Shown: positions 60,101 to 64,000 of the stretch, piece after piece
How positions within the stretch are numbered: position 1 is the first letter of the stretch
Layout: every line of letters begins with the position of its first letter
Origin: Botryllus schlosseri
Taxonomy: Eukaryota
Reading direction: 5' to 3'
Assembly: GCA_051294905.1 (NCBI GenBank)
Contig: CM119381.1
Location: forward strand, 11,594,001-11,658,000
DNA length: 64,000 bases
Translations under genes and position numbers: made by a program
Notes under the pieces: generated by a model
What the model was told of the DNA's origin: nothing
What the model saw: the letters and a program-made list of their open reading frames with translations, nothing else
Databases searched by the model: none

Positions 60101-62476
60101 ATCTTAGTTTTGTAAAAACTCAGTGTTGACAACTACATAGCCTCAGCAGTGCTAATCCTGCCCGTATAGCTGTTGAGTCTCAATATGTGGTCCTTAGATT
60201 ATTCAACAAACCTTTGACTTTGGGTGATTTCTAAAGATATTTTGATGCTTTCAAGAGTCTCATTGATGATATATTAAGCGGTCATGCCATCTATAGTACA
60301 CTCAGTATGTGCGGTCATAAATTGCTTCATAAACCTGGGATATCCTACGGTAACTTCATCTCGATCCAACCACAAAACAAAATCCATTTCTATTTTTTTC
60401 TTCGAAGATGCGCGCGTTGCGAAGATTGCATATTTTTTTGCTGTCCTTCATATCAAGTTTTAGGATCATAGACATAACTAATATCCTGTGTGAAGGTATC
60501 TATGAACTCATATAAACCATATCTAAGATACAGCGGTTTTTTAGGTACCTGAGGTTTCACCAGTAGGTCTTAATGAAGGTAGGATAGCCAATTCAGTGTT
60601 TGGACGATTTAGGAAAAGAAAAGATTTTAAATTTACTGAAACTTGTCGAATTTAAATTAAATTTTGGCATTCGCTCTTGCAAATACACACCTCACATTTA
60701 TCTACACTCTTTATCTTTAGTTCGAGATCCTCCATGTCTGGTGTGCCAAACACATCGAGGCCTGCTTCTGCGAAAGTGGATAATCACATTTTTGCGTGGG
60801 AGAAAATATCGCTATTTCAAAGGTGATATTGCTATTTACCTTAGTATAAATGACATATCCTATATTTTGTTGTGCTATATCTGTATGCATACATGTTTAT
60901 TGGATTGTAAGCTTGTTTACCATCTCTGATAGTTAGGTGTGGGTGATTCTGCTGCCAAGCCATAATGGCCATGATGCTGACATGGAGTTAATCTTGATTG
61001 TGTCGTGCCGTCAGTCCAGCACCTATATAATTACGAAAACCAGCAAACAGGACCATCATTATGTTGGTAGAGACGGAGTTATAAGTGCACCACGATTTTC
61101 CAACTTTTATTGATCCCGTAGTAATAATCTGTAGCAATATACAGAAGTATCCTTTCGGCAGTCGACCCTGTCTACTCTTGCTTCCTCTTTAGACTGATGC
61201 TGGTGAAGGTTTTACGTCCGGACATGCTCATGTCAGCTCTGAGACAGTTTGTTGCAGCGAGTGTTGGAGACAAATTCGTGCAAGGCGGGAAAATCGATCT
61301 GGCTGAAATATTCAAGGAATCCAATTCTAGGGTTCCAATCATTTTCATACTCTCACCAGGTACAGATGTAATGCTACTATCGGACCATCCGCTAACTGAC
61401 ACCGATATGTATGTTCGTTGGTCAGTATCAGTATCATTTATGACCATTTTTATCAATTCAACAATTGCACAAGAACTGCAGTACAATGCCAAGAAACGAC
61501 AAAACTAAGTCATTTAATCAAATTTCCACCTTGTCCTACAAATATAAGTCGACAGATAAACTAATACATTCCAATATTTACGCAAATACAAGTAAGATGT
61601 GTTATAAAACAGGCTTAAACTGCGTAAGCAGATGTGGACAGCAGGTTTGTAACCAAGTCACGAGGTTCCAAGTCACAAGTCCATTGTACTTTTATAGTTT
61701 TGACTCGAGTCAAGTCAAGTCATTTTGAATTCACCACCGAGTCAATTCCGAGCCCAAGTCAGGGAGTTGAAAGTCGAGTCCGAGTTCAAGTCATTGTGTT
61801 CACTGTTCACTTTTGAGTTCAATGAGTTCAACCCACTTTTTCAACTCTGCTCGAGTGATATAGAATGGCTCGCATTCATAATATTGTAATTTTTCTCCGT
61901 CCTAACAGTTTCTGGCCCTATTTTCCAATTGTCAGGACTGATAGACGAAACACCAATACTGTAGTGACTTTACGACAGTATTCTTCGAAGTTACTATGAA
62001 ATGTCTTTCTTGGCTGTCCTAGTCTCGAGTCATACCATTTGGTTTGAGTCAGGACACAAATTGACTCAAGTTGAGTTATTTTACGCACTTGAAAAAATGA
62101 CTCGAGTCACGTCGAGTCACCAAAAAATCGTGGGATTGGAAGAACATGATCAGGCAGTAATGTAGCTATATGGCTCAACCCATTCCAGATTTTACCTGCA
62201 AATTTCCTTTAACAACAATTTCCAAGTTGACTGCAGTACGTTGGCTGATGTGGATAAAATCTGACTTTTCATTTTGTAGCAACCGATCCTTCCGGGCAAC
62301 TTCTTCGATTTGCTAAAGAAATGCGTGGCTCAGCTTTGCATGTCGATATGGTGTCATTGGGTCGTGGCCAAGGTCCTAAAGCCGAAGAGTTGATACGTAA
62401 AGCACAAATCTTGAAAGGCAGATGGGTGTTTCTGCAGAATTGTCACCTGGCCGCTTCCTTCATGCCACGATTGCAG
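3016..62476 (+). CDS. DNAH14: Axonemal inner-arm dynein heavy chain, DNAH14 orthologue; 76 in-window exons, partial at both ends (about 4,127 aa traced)
   Basis: Phase-continuous GT-AG exon chain. AAA1 [31 protein letters not shown]2 [17 protein letters not shown]3 [11 protein letters not shown]4 GMDGTGK, stalk, AAA5 [13 protein letters not shown]6 [12 protein letters not shown]14 call from recalled N-terminal motifs ([43 protein letters not shown]) and [20 protein letters not shown]. Confidence 0.93.
3460..3593 (+). CDS. DNAH14: DNAH14 exon 2
   Basis: phase 1>0; [27 protein letters not shown]. Confidence 0.88.
3655..3828 (+). CDS. DNAH14: DNAH14 exon 3
   Basis: phase 0>0; [14 protein letters not shown]...NPFDLKVVS...ITASSVTK. 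Confidence 0.9.
4362..4540 (+). CDS. DNAH14: DNAH14 exon 4
   Basis: phase 0>2; WIYEQRLF...[11 protein letters not shown]. Confidence 0.85.
4785..5773. mobile_element. hAT MITE, copy 1 of the (c)aggcgcgtagcca family
   Basis: TIR caggcttgtagcca / tggctacgcgccta; TSD gggtgtgc / gcgtgtgc. Confidence 0.82.
6052..7474. mobile_element. hAT MITE, copy 2 of the same family, with an internal tandem duplication
   Basis: TIR caagcgcgtagcta / tggctacgcgcatg; perfect TSD gcttcaat; homologous to 4785-5773. Confidence 0.85.
9369..9518 (+). CDS. DNAH14: DNAH14 exon 5
   Basis: phase 2>2; [28 protein letters not shown]. Confidence 0.88.
9585..9702 (+). CDS. DNAH14: DNAH14 exon 6
   Basis: phase 2>0; [12 protein letters not shown]. 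Confidence 0.88.
10302..10392 (+). CDS. DNAH14: DNAH14 exon 7
   Basis: phase 0>1; [10 protein letters not shown]...KLTVDE. Confidence 0.78.
10802..11015 (+). CDS. DNAH14: DNAH14 exon 8
   Basis: phase 1>2; [16 protein letters not shown]...[13 protein letters not shown]. Confidence 0.88.
11176..11377 (+). CDS. DNAH14: DNAH14 exon 9
   Basis: phase 2>0; [10 protein letters not shown]...LRSGSV. Confidence 0.82.
11616..11726 (+). CDS. DNAH14: DNAH14 exon 10 (alternative in-frame acceptor would start at 11634)
   Basis: phase 0>0; [15 protein letters not shown]...LPHSVFL. Confidence 0.75.
11820..11905 (+). CDS. DNAH14: DNAH14 exon 11
   Basis: phase 0>2; [17 protein letters not shown]. Confidence 0.8.
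12015..12160. mobile_element. Truncated GACTC-rich hAT MITE
   Basis: Starts cagggttgtaacctagtcacaagg, as in the full copies. Confidence 0.7.
12752..12955 (+). CDS. DNAH14: DNAH14 exon 12
   Basis: phase 2>2; SRMSAIANL...KRVSFPNL...SQSVTS. Confidence 0.82.
13167..13627. mobile_element. GACTC-rich hAT MITE
   Basis: Ends cagagttgtaac / ttgcaacactg; flanks ccccttct / ttccttct; many gactcgagtc motifs. Confidence 0.8.
13975..14098 (+). CDS. DNAH14: DNAH14 exon 13
   Basis: phase 2>0; [21 protein letters not shown]. Confidence 0.86.
14672..14910 (+). CDS. DNAH14: DNAH14 exon 14
   Basis: phase 0>2; [13 protein letters not shown]...[12 protein letters not shown]. Confidence 0.9.
15391..15598 (+). 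CDS. DNAH14: DNAH14 exon 15
   Basis: phase 2>0; YCGMVEKSR...LGLLHVDT...LPFPR. Confidence 0.9.
15701..16200. mobile_element. Long-TIR MITE of the ttgttaggttggctaaaaa family, superfamily unassigned
   Basis: Inverted termini; homologous to 24001-24427 and 56477-56997. Confidence 0.7.
16773..16975 (+). CDS. DNAH14: DNAH14 exon 16
   Basis: phase 0>2; [11 protein letters not shown]...[14 protein letters not shown]. Confidence 0.9.
17392..17599 (+). CDS. DNAH14: DNAH14 exon 17
   Basis: phase 2>0; [23 protein letters not shown]. Confidence 0.9.
17664..17845. mobile_element. piggyBac-type MITE fragment with a fold-back
   Basis: Follows TTAA; matches the left end of 58771-59201; arms of about 60 bp are inverted. 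Confidence 0.7.
17979..18151 (+). CDS. DNAH14: DNAH14 exon 18
   Basis: phase 0>2; VASPNLL...[11 protein letters not shown]. Confidence 0.9.
18457..18604 (+). CDS. DNAH14: DNAH14 exon 19
   Basis: phase 2>0; [18 protein letters not shown]. Confidence 0.9.
18998..19110 (+). CDS. DNAH14: DNAH14 exon 20
   Basis: phase 0>2; [10 protein letters not shown]...[12 protein letters not shown]. Confidence 0.88.
19264..19426 (+). CDS. DNAH14: DNAH14 exon 21
   Basis: phase 2>0; [24 protein letters not shown]. Confidence 0.92.
19530..19760. repeat. GACTC/GACTTGAC-rich repeat fragment, probably continuing at about 21740-21800 beyond the nested hAT
   Basis: Dense gactcg/gacttgac motifs; termini not resolved. 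Confidence 0.5.
20135..21721 (+). mobile_element. hAT element carrying a decayed, internally deleted transposase
   Basis: 21-bp TIR caggcctgtttatttttggat; perfect TSD actatcac (20127-20134, 21722-21729); + strand remnants [34 protein letters not shown], broken by stops and frameshifts. Confidence 0.88.
20380..21515 (+). pseudogene. hAT-family transposase pseudogene (RNase H/insertion domain to C-terminal dimerisation motif)
   Basis: [24 protein letters not shown]...GYL*RQQDLI...PPLQ*WIQL...LPHQVV...[12 protein letters not shown]...[10 protein letters not shown]. Confidence 0.8.
21870..21982 (+). CDS. DNAH14: DNAH14 exon 22
   Basis: phase 0>2; [18 protein letters not shown]. Confidence 0.92.
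22038..22170 (+). CDS. DNAH14: DNAH14 exon 23
   Basis: phase 2>0; [27 protein letters not shown]. Confidence 0.92.
22423..22956 (+). mobile_element. 5'-truncated Penelope-like retroelement (GIY-YIG remnant plus pLTR)
   Basis: [37 protein letters not shown]; SATGKHLL; 10-bp direct repeat tctaacaagt (22413-22422, 22957-22966). Confidence 0.88.
22850..22894 (+). ncRNA. Minimal type-I hammerhead ribozyme, catalytic core intact
   Basis: ccc-CTGACGA-g(tgtcagc)c-GAAA-atat-TC-aggt; palindromic helix III AATATT; one mismatch at the base of helix I. Confidence 0.75.
23096..23251 (+). CDS. DNAH14: DNAH14 exon 24
   Basis: phase 0>0; [18 protein letters not shown]. Confidence 0.95.
23515..23715 (+). 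mobile_element. tRNA-derived SINE
   Basis: A box tagcgtattgg (23522-23532) and B box ggttcgatcc (23566-23575); no clean cloverleaf; 3' limit approximate. Confidence 0.6.
24001..24427. mobile_element. Long-TIR MITE of the ttgttaggttggctaaaaa family
   Basis: attgttaggttggcta ... tagccaacctaacaat. Confidence 0.78.
24440..25558. mobile_element. Buster/Charlie-type hAT MITE
   Basis: TIR caggggtaggcaaac / gtttgcccacccctg; gcggcccgc subterminal motifs; perfect TSD ccttagag. Confidence 0.9.
24600..24911. mobile_element. Buster-type hAT MITE nested in 24440-25558
   Basis: TIR cagtggttctc / gagaaccactg; TSD ttctaagg / ttctaagt. Confidence 0.85.
25796..25933 (+). CDS. DNAH14: DNAH14 exon 25
   Basis: phase 0>0; VDRLWKDLM...LEKIHKSLE. 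Confidence 0.94.
25968..26488. mobile_element. GACTC-rich hAT MITE, reverse orientation
   Basis: TIR cagggttgtaa / ttacaaccgtg; TSD ctctctgg / ctctcagg. Confidence 0.85.
26627..26874 (+). CDS. DNAH14: DNAH14 exon 26
   Basis: phase 0>2; [21 protein letters not shown]. Confidence 0.95.
27542..27710 (+). CDS. DNAH14: DNAH14 exon 27
   Basis: phase 2>0; [13 protein letters not shown]...HPGQVVLTV. Confidence 0.94.
28040..28151 (+). CDS. DNAH14: DNAH14 exon 28
   Basis: phase 0>1; AQIMFNKAV...FLEILS. Confidence 0.88.
28237..28281 (-). ncRNA. Hammerhead ribozyme copy, degenerate
   Basis: Reverse complement: ccc-CAGACGA-atgtcagcc-GAAA-atat-AC; core substitutions. Confidence 0.5.
28488..28532 (+). 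ncRNA. Hammerhead ribozyme copy with one core substitution (G5A)
   Basis: accc-CTAACGA-gtgtcagcc-GAAA-atat-TC-gggt; helix I perfect. Confidence 0.6.
29214..29355 (+). CDS. DNAH14: DNAH14 exon 29
   Basis: phase 1>2; [15 protein letters not shown]...DDFEWK. Confidence 0.92.
29807..30038 (+). CDS. DNAH14: DNAH14 exon 30 (AAA1 Walker A)
   Basis: phase 2>0; YGYEYLG...[11 protein letters not shown]...[16 protein letters not shown]. Confidence 0.96.
30094..30147 (+). CDS. DNAH14: DNAH14 exon 31
   Basis: phase 0>0; [18 protein letters not shown]. Confidence 0.93.
30213..30358 (+). CDS. DNAH14: DNAH14 exon 32 (AAA1 Walker B)
   Basis: phase 0>2; [24 protein letters not shown]. Confidence 0.96.
30541..30890. 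mobile_element. piggyBac-type MITE, diverged and truncated
   Basis: Follows TTAA; homologous to 58771-59201. Confidence 0.65.
31103..31358 (+). CDS. DNAH14: DNAH14 exon 33
   Basis: phase 2>0; [32 protein letters not shown]. Confidence 0.96.
31521..31649 (+). CDS. DNAH14: DNAH14 exon 34
   Basis: phase 0>0; [14 protein letters not shown]. Confidence 0.93.
32003..32185 (+). CDS. DNAH14: DNAH14 exon 35
   Basis: phase 0>0; [18 protein letters not shown]...DLFPG. Confidence 0.93.
32333..32545 (+). CDS. DNAH14: DNAH14 exon 36 (AAA2 Walker A)
   Basis: phase 0>0; [16 protein letters not shown]. Confidence 0.95.
32605..32741 (+). CDS. DNAH14: DNAH14 exon 37
   Basis: phase 0>2; [13 protein letters not shown]...EWSDGL. 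Confidence 0.94.
32938..33013 (+). CDS. DNAH14: DNAH14 exon 38
   Basis: phase 2>0; [18 protein letters not shown]. Confidence 0.8.
34061..34131 (+). CDS. DNAH14: DNAH14 exon 39
   Basis: phase 0>2; [23 protein letters not shown]; needed to keep the phase chain. Confidence 0.75.
34245..34430 (+). mobile_element. Penelope pLTR fragment with a decayed hammerhead (34340-34384)
   Basis: ctagttgctgacgactgcccttgaagagtgccagcctataatatttt...gaagttctgta. Confidence 0.7.
34703..34901 (+). CDS. DNAH14: DNAH14 exon 40 (AAA2 Walker B)
   Basis: phase 2>0; [22 protein letters not shown]. Confidence 0.95.
34957..35074 (+). CDS. DNAH14: DNAH14 exon 41
   Basis: phase 0>1; [13 protein letters not shown]. Confidence 0.94.
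36213..36403 (+). CDS. DNAH14: DNAH14 exon 42
   Basis: phase 1>0; [12 protein letters not shown]...[10 protein letters not shown]. Confidence 0.9.
37102..37286 (+). CDS. DNAH14: DNAH14 exon 43
   Basis: phase 0>2; [12 protein letters not shown]...[15 protein letters not shown]. Confidence 0.92.
38142..38325 (+). CDS. DNAH14: DNAH14 exon 44
   Basis: phase 2>0; EDDQEDD...[16 protein letters not shown]. Confidence 0.9.
38625..38789 (+). CDS. DNAH14: DNAH14 exon 45
   Basis: phase 0>0; [12 protein letters not shown]...LVPTTDT. Confidence 0.92.
39052..39147 (+). CDS. DNAH14: DNAH14 exon 46 (AAA3 Walker A)
   Basis: phase 0>0; [13 protein letters not shown]. Confidence 0.95.
39212..39386 (+). CDS. 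DNAH14: DNAH14 exon 47
   Basis: phase 0>1; [12 protein letters not shown]...SVLGEIF. Confidence 0.85.
39500..39720 (+). mobile_element. Penelope pLTR fragment with a decayed hammerhead (39613-39657)
   Basis: ttgctgacgattacccatggtaagtgtcagccaaaaatatttgggtt...gaagttctgtacctccaag. Confidence 0.7.
39934..40019 (+). CDS. DNAH14: DNAH14 exon 48
   Basis: phase 1>0; [10 protein letters not shown]. Confidence 0.9.
40077..40219 (+). CDS. DNAH14: DNAH14 exon 49 (AAA3 Walker B region)
   Basis: phase 0>2; [18 protein letters not shown]...[10 protein letters not shown]. Confidence 0.94.
40540..40732 (+). CDS. DNAH14: DNAH14 exon 50
   Basis: phase 2>0; GGFYD...[17 protein letters not shown]. Confidence 0.95.
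41060..41248 (+). CDS. DNAH14: DNAH14 exon 51
   Basis: phase 0>0; [17 protein letters not shown]. Confidence 0.95.
41501..41650 (+). CDS. DNAH14: DNAH14 exon 52
   Basis: phase 0>0; [14 protein letters not shown]. Confidence 0.95.
41843..42665. mobile_element. Buster-type hAT MITE
   Basis: TIR tagtggttcccaa / ttgggaaccactg; probable TSD ctttagtg (41829-41836) / ctttagta, with 6 extra nt on the left. Confidence 0.8.
42793..42944 (+). CDS. DNAH14: DNAH14 exon 53
   Basis: phase 0>2; PLIFGDFLD...RIYRHL. Confidence 0.92.
43162..43341 (+). CDS. DNAH14: DNAH14 exon 54 (AAA4 Walker A)
   Basis: phase 2>2; [10 protein letters not shown]...[12 protein letters not shown]; AAG acceptor. Confidence 0.9.
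43404..43567 (+). CDS. DNAH14: DNAH14 exon 55
   Basis: phase 2>1; FREELKK...[23 protein letters not shown]. Confidence 0.94.
44495..44726 (+). CDS. DNAH14: DNAH14 exon 56
   Basis: phase 1>2; [12 protein letters not shown]...[11 protein letters not shown]. Confidence 0.95.
44955..45374. mobile_element. GACTC-rich hAT MITE
   Basis: TIR ctgggttgtaat / attacaaccctg; TSD gctattcc / gctatacc. Confidence 0.85.
45751..45871 (+). CDS. DNAH14: DNAH14 exon 57
   Basis: phase 2>0; [13 protein letters not shown]. Confidence 0.92.
46150..46620 (-). mobile_element. Penelope fragment spanning ORF C-terminus, pLTR and probable next ORF N-terminus
   Basis: Minus strand: [22 protein letters not shown], then the hammerhead region (46392-46436), then [15 protein letters not shown]. 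Confidence 0.78.
46392..46436 (-). ncRNA. Hammerhead ribozyme copy with a mutated cleavage triplet
   Basis: Reverse complement: accc-CTGACGA-gtgtcagcc-GAAA-atat-CC. Confidence 0.55.
46704..46850 (+). CDS. DNAH14: DNAH14 exon 58
   Basis: phase 0>0; [15 protein letters not shown]. Confidence 0.94.
46903..47270. mobile_element. GACTC-rich hAT MITE, truncated
   Basis: Starts cagggttttaaccaagtcacaagg; homologous to 44955-45374. Confidence 0.75.
47476..47688 (+). CDS. DNAH14: DNAH14 exon 59 (stalk CC1)
   Basis: phase 0>0; [12 protein letters not shown]...LGPRIEQK. Confidence 0.94.
48435..48548 (+). CDS. DNAH14: DNAH14 exon 60
   Basis: phase 0>0; VREIVKQEE...DLQSVLPAL. Confidence 0.94.
48933..49208 (+). 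CDS. DNAH14: DNAH14 exon 61 (microtubule-binding domain)
   Basis: phase 0>0; [20 protein letters not shown]...DWPAAKKLL. Confidence 0.95.
50154..50303 (+). CDS. DNAH14: DNAH14 exon 62
   Basis: phase 0>0; [12 protein letters not shown]...VEPKQ. Confidence 0.94.
50903..51058 (+). CDS. DNAH14: DNAH14 exon 63 (stalk CC2)
   Basis: phase 0>0; [15 protein letters not shown]. Confidence 0.94.
51895..52110 (+). CDS. DNAH14: DNAH14 exon 64
   Basis: phase 0>0; RW...[19 protein letters not shown]. Confidence 0.94.
52301..52411 (+). CDS. DNAH14: DNAH14 exon 65 (AAA5)
   Basis: phase 0>0; WHTEGLPRD...[11 protein letters not shown]. Confidence 0.95.
53145..53326 (+). CDS. DNAH14: DNAH14 exon 66
   Basis: phase 0>2; AIQWIKKME...[12 protein letters not shown]. 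Confidence 0.95.
53562..53721 (+). CDS. DNAH14: DNAH14 exon 67
   Basis: phase 2>0; FRLYMTT...NPHFLP...[11 protein letters not shown]. Confidence 0.95.
54420..54554 (+). CDS. DNAH14: DNAH14 exon 68
   Basis: phase 0>0; [16 protein letters not shown]. Confidence 0.95.
55006..55719. mobile_element. Buster-type hAT MITE
   Basis: TIR cagcgattcccaacc / ggttgggaaccactg; TSD gtttacag / gttgacag; gcggctc subterminal motifs. Confidence 0.85.
55976..56234 (+). CDS. DNAH14: DNAH14 exon 69
   Basis: phase 0>1; GHILDDEDL...YLPVATRG...[10 protein letters not shown]. Confidence 0.95.
56477..56997. mobile_element. Long-TIR MITE (inverted termini of about 45 bp)
   Basis: gattccggggattcactgattaaattgttaggttg ... 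caacctaacaatttaatcattgaatccccggaatc. Confidence 0.8.
57065..57167. mobile_element. 103-bp Buster-type hAT MITE
   Basis: TIR cagtggttcccaacc / ggttgggaaccactg; perfect TSD ctctaggt. Confidence 0.9.
57347..57543 (+). CDS. DNAH14: DNAH14 exon 70
   Basis: phase 1>0; [18 protein letters not shown]...[11 protein letters not shown]. Confidence 0.88.
58265..58450 (+). CDS. DNAH14: DNAH14 exon 71
   Basis: phase 0>0; [19 protein letters not shown]. Confidence 0.92.
58771..59201. mobile_element. piggyBac-type MITE, full length
   Basis: TTAA | ccggctagcaccggcg ... cgccggtgccagccgg | TTAA. Confidence 0.85.
59427..59588 (+). CDS. DNAH14: DNAH14 exon 72
   Basis: phase 0>0; EKFDGL...[10 protein letters not shown]. 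Confidence 0.85.
59705..59934 (+). CDS. DNAH14: DNAH14 exon 73
   Basis: phase 0>2; [14 protein letters not shown]. Confidence 0.9.
60721..60822 (+). CDS. DNAH14: DNAH14 exon 74
   Basis: phase 2>2; SRSSMSG...[10 protein letters not shown]. Confidence 0.85.
61193..61359 (+). CDS. DNAH14: DNAH14 exon 75
   Basis: phase 2>1; [10 protein letters not shown]...PIIFILSP. Confidence 0.95.
61642..62125. mobile_element. GACTC-rich hAT MITE, right end degenerate
   Basis: Starts caggtttgtaaccaagtcacgagg; homologous to the other copies. Confidence 0.78.
62280..62476 (+). CDS. DNAH14: DNAH14 exon 76 (AAA6)
   Basis: phase 1>0; [11 protein letters not shown]...[17 protein letters not shown]. Confidence 0.95.
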
Positions 62477-64000
62477 GTAAGTGATTCATGTAACGCTATT
62501 GTTAAATATCACAATTTCGCAGGAACAAGTTAATAGCAAAACCATAGACAGAAGCAGTGGGCAATCTTGTGATGTTTAATCCTGATCCTGTGATATTTCT
62601 AGTATAAAGATTTTTCTTTCGCTCTGTCACTGCGACAAGTCCTGGTCAATATAATTCCTCACTTTATGCAGTTTAGCCTCATTGTAAAATCGGACGGCAT
62701 GTGTCACCAATGTGAGGAAAATGCATAATAATCAAAATTGAGATTCGCTCATAATACTGTTATTATATCAGGCAAAAGAGGTGTCTCTAAGATGGCAGGC
62801 ATGTACTTATTGTACTTGCTAATTTGGAAAAGTAGGAAATTTGGCTTAACCCTTTGTGATCGGCCGGCCTACTGACCAAAATTTTACTGCATCCATTAAA
62901 ATACCGATAAAATGCCATCCATAGTGCTTAAATCGACGCCCAATATATTGCCGTAAACCTGAAGTAGCCGCCTAGCGGACTGAGACACTCGCCCGGCTCA
63001 GACGCGAGAGGGAATGGCGTTATGCGAGGAAATGTTGTCAATTTTTTGAAAATGGAAGATAATTTTGTTCTTCAATTTATTCTGACGTCATTCATATGGC
63101 TTCTATTGGTATATGACCACCTGATTGTTCTCCGCATGAATCTATACGTTCCAACGAGCCATTACACGCTACTATAACGCTTCATAGCCCAGCGCTACGA
63201 TATTGGAAGGATGGAGAGGATAGGCATGACTCACGGGGCCGCCGATAAGTAATTGATTACGTAATCGCGTATTCTCGCTGACGGCAGGGCGCGTGTCCAG
63301 TTTTACGTAACATAATAGGCACTGCCCTGGCGACATTGCCTAAGTTATATATCTTCCTGCTATTCAAGTGTTATCAGCTTCAGTTGGTTATTGTGTGTAA
63401 CTTACAACTGCAATAATGCAATCCAAGTGAACATATATTGGCTTATCATTATTCGACACTGCCCATATGCGCTTGCGAATTCATTTTACACGATGCAGTA
63501 TTGCTTCATTTCACATCCATTTGAACTGTCTTCTACAGCGCGAATGTTTTACGTATGATCAACGCTATTCATAGAAGTCAACAGTAAGTTCCTATGCCAT
63601 CTAAAACAGACATAGGCTGCCTCTATGTGATCCTGTTATTACAGGCTCGGCTACCGAAATAGCCTAACTCGCACGCTTTTGTTCAGTGTTAGGGCTGGTG
63701 TCGGTTGTCTTATACAAAACTAAGCTCCATGATAGGGATATTGAAGGATTTGCCAGGATAATGGCTAACTATATCTATAATTTGCAATTGCCTGAAGCAA
63801 TTATACATCTGTCTGAAACCGCAACCAGCCAGGTGGTCTTACGCAGCCATGATTTTCACGTGACAAGATATTGCTTTCTTTCACGTCAATTTGAAGCATA
63901 TTCTACGTGCTAATCTTCGATATAAAAGGGCTTTCATACAATGGTATAAACTACAACAAGTCATGGAAGATAACTGTAATTGGTTATATGACGTCTAGAA

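Noticed and set aside
63539-63590. Candidate next dynein exon after ttctacag
   Set aside because: TAG stop after 11 codons in the required phase; the next exon probably lies beyond the window

Overview
AT-rich eukaryotic genomic DNA, probably from a tunicate or other invertebrate chordate (inferred from 55-66 bp minimal introns and the orthologue). One + strand gene fills the window: an axonemal inner-arm dynein heavy chain, a DNAH14 orthologue. I traced 76 GT-AG exons from 3016 to 62476 with continuous reading phase, 12,383 nt or about 4,127 codons. They cover the N-terminal tail, linker, AAA1-AAA4, stalk/MTBD, AAA5 and the start of AAA6. The gene is incomplete at both ends. The large introns are filled with transposon-derived sequence: several families of non-autonomous hAT elements with 8-bp TSDs, often nested; a TTAA piggyBac-type MITE; a long-TIR MITE; a tRNA-derived SINE; and six Penelope-like fragments. 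The main hunt results are (1) a Penelope-associated minimal type-I hammerhead ribozyme, in six copies, whose loop II is complementary to its own 5' flank, including a sense-strand copy with all catalytic-core nucleotides intact; (2) a single head-to-head inverted Penelope insertion with a 16-bp direct repeat, just downstream of a splice donor; and (3) a GC-rich decayed hAT transposase whose motifs resemble a family I recall from oomycetes, basal fungi and mosses. All coordinates were read by hand and no searches were run.
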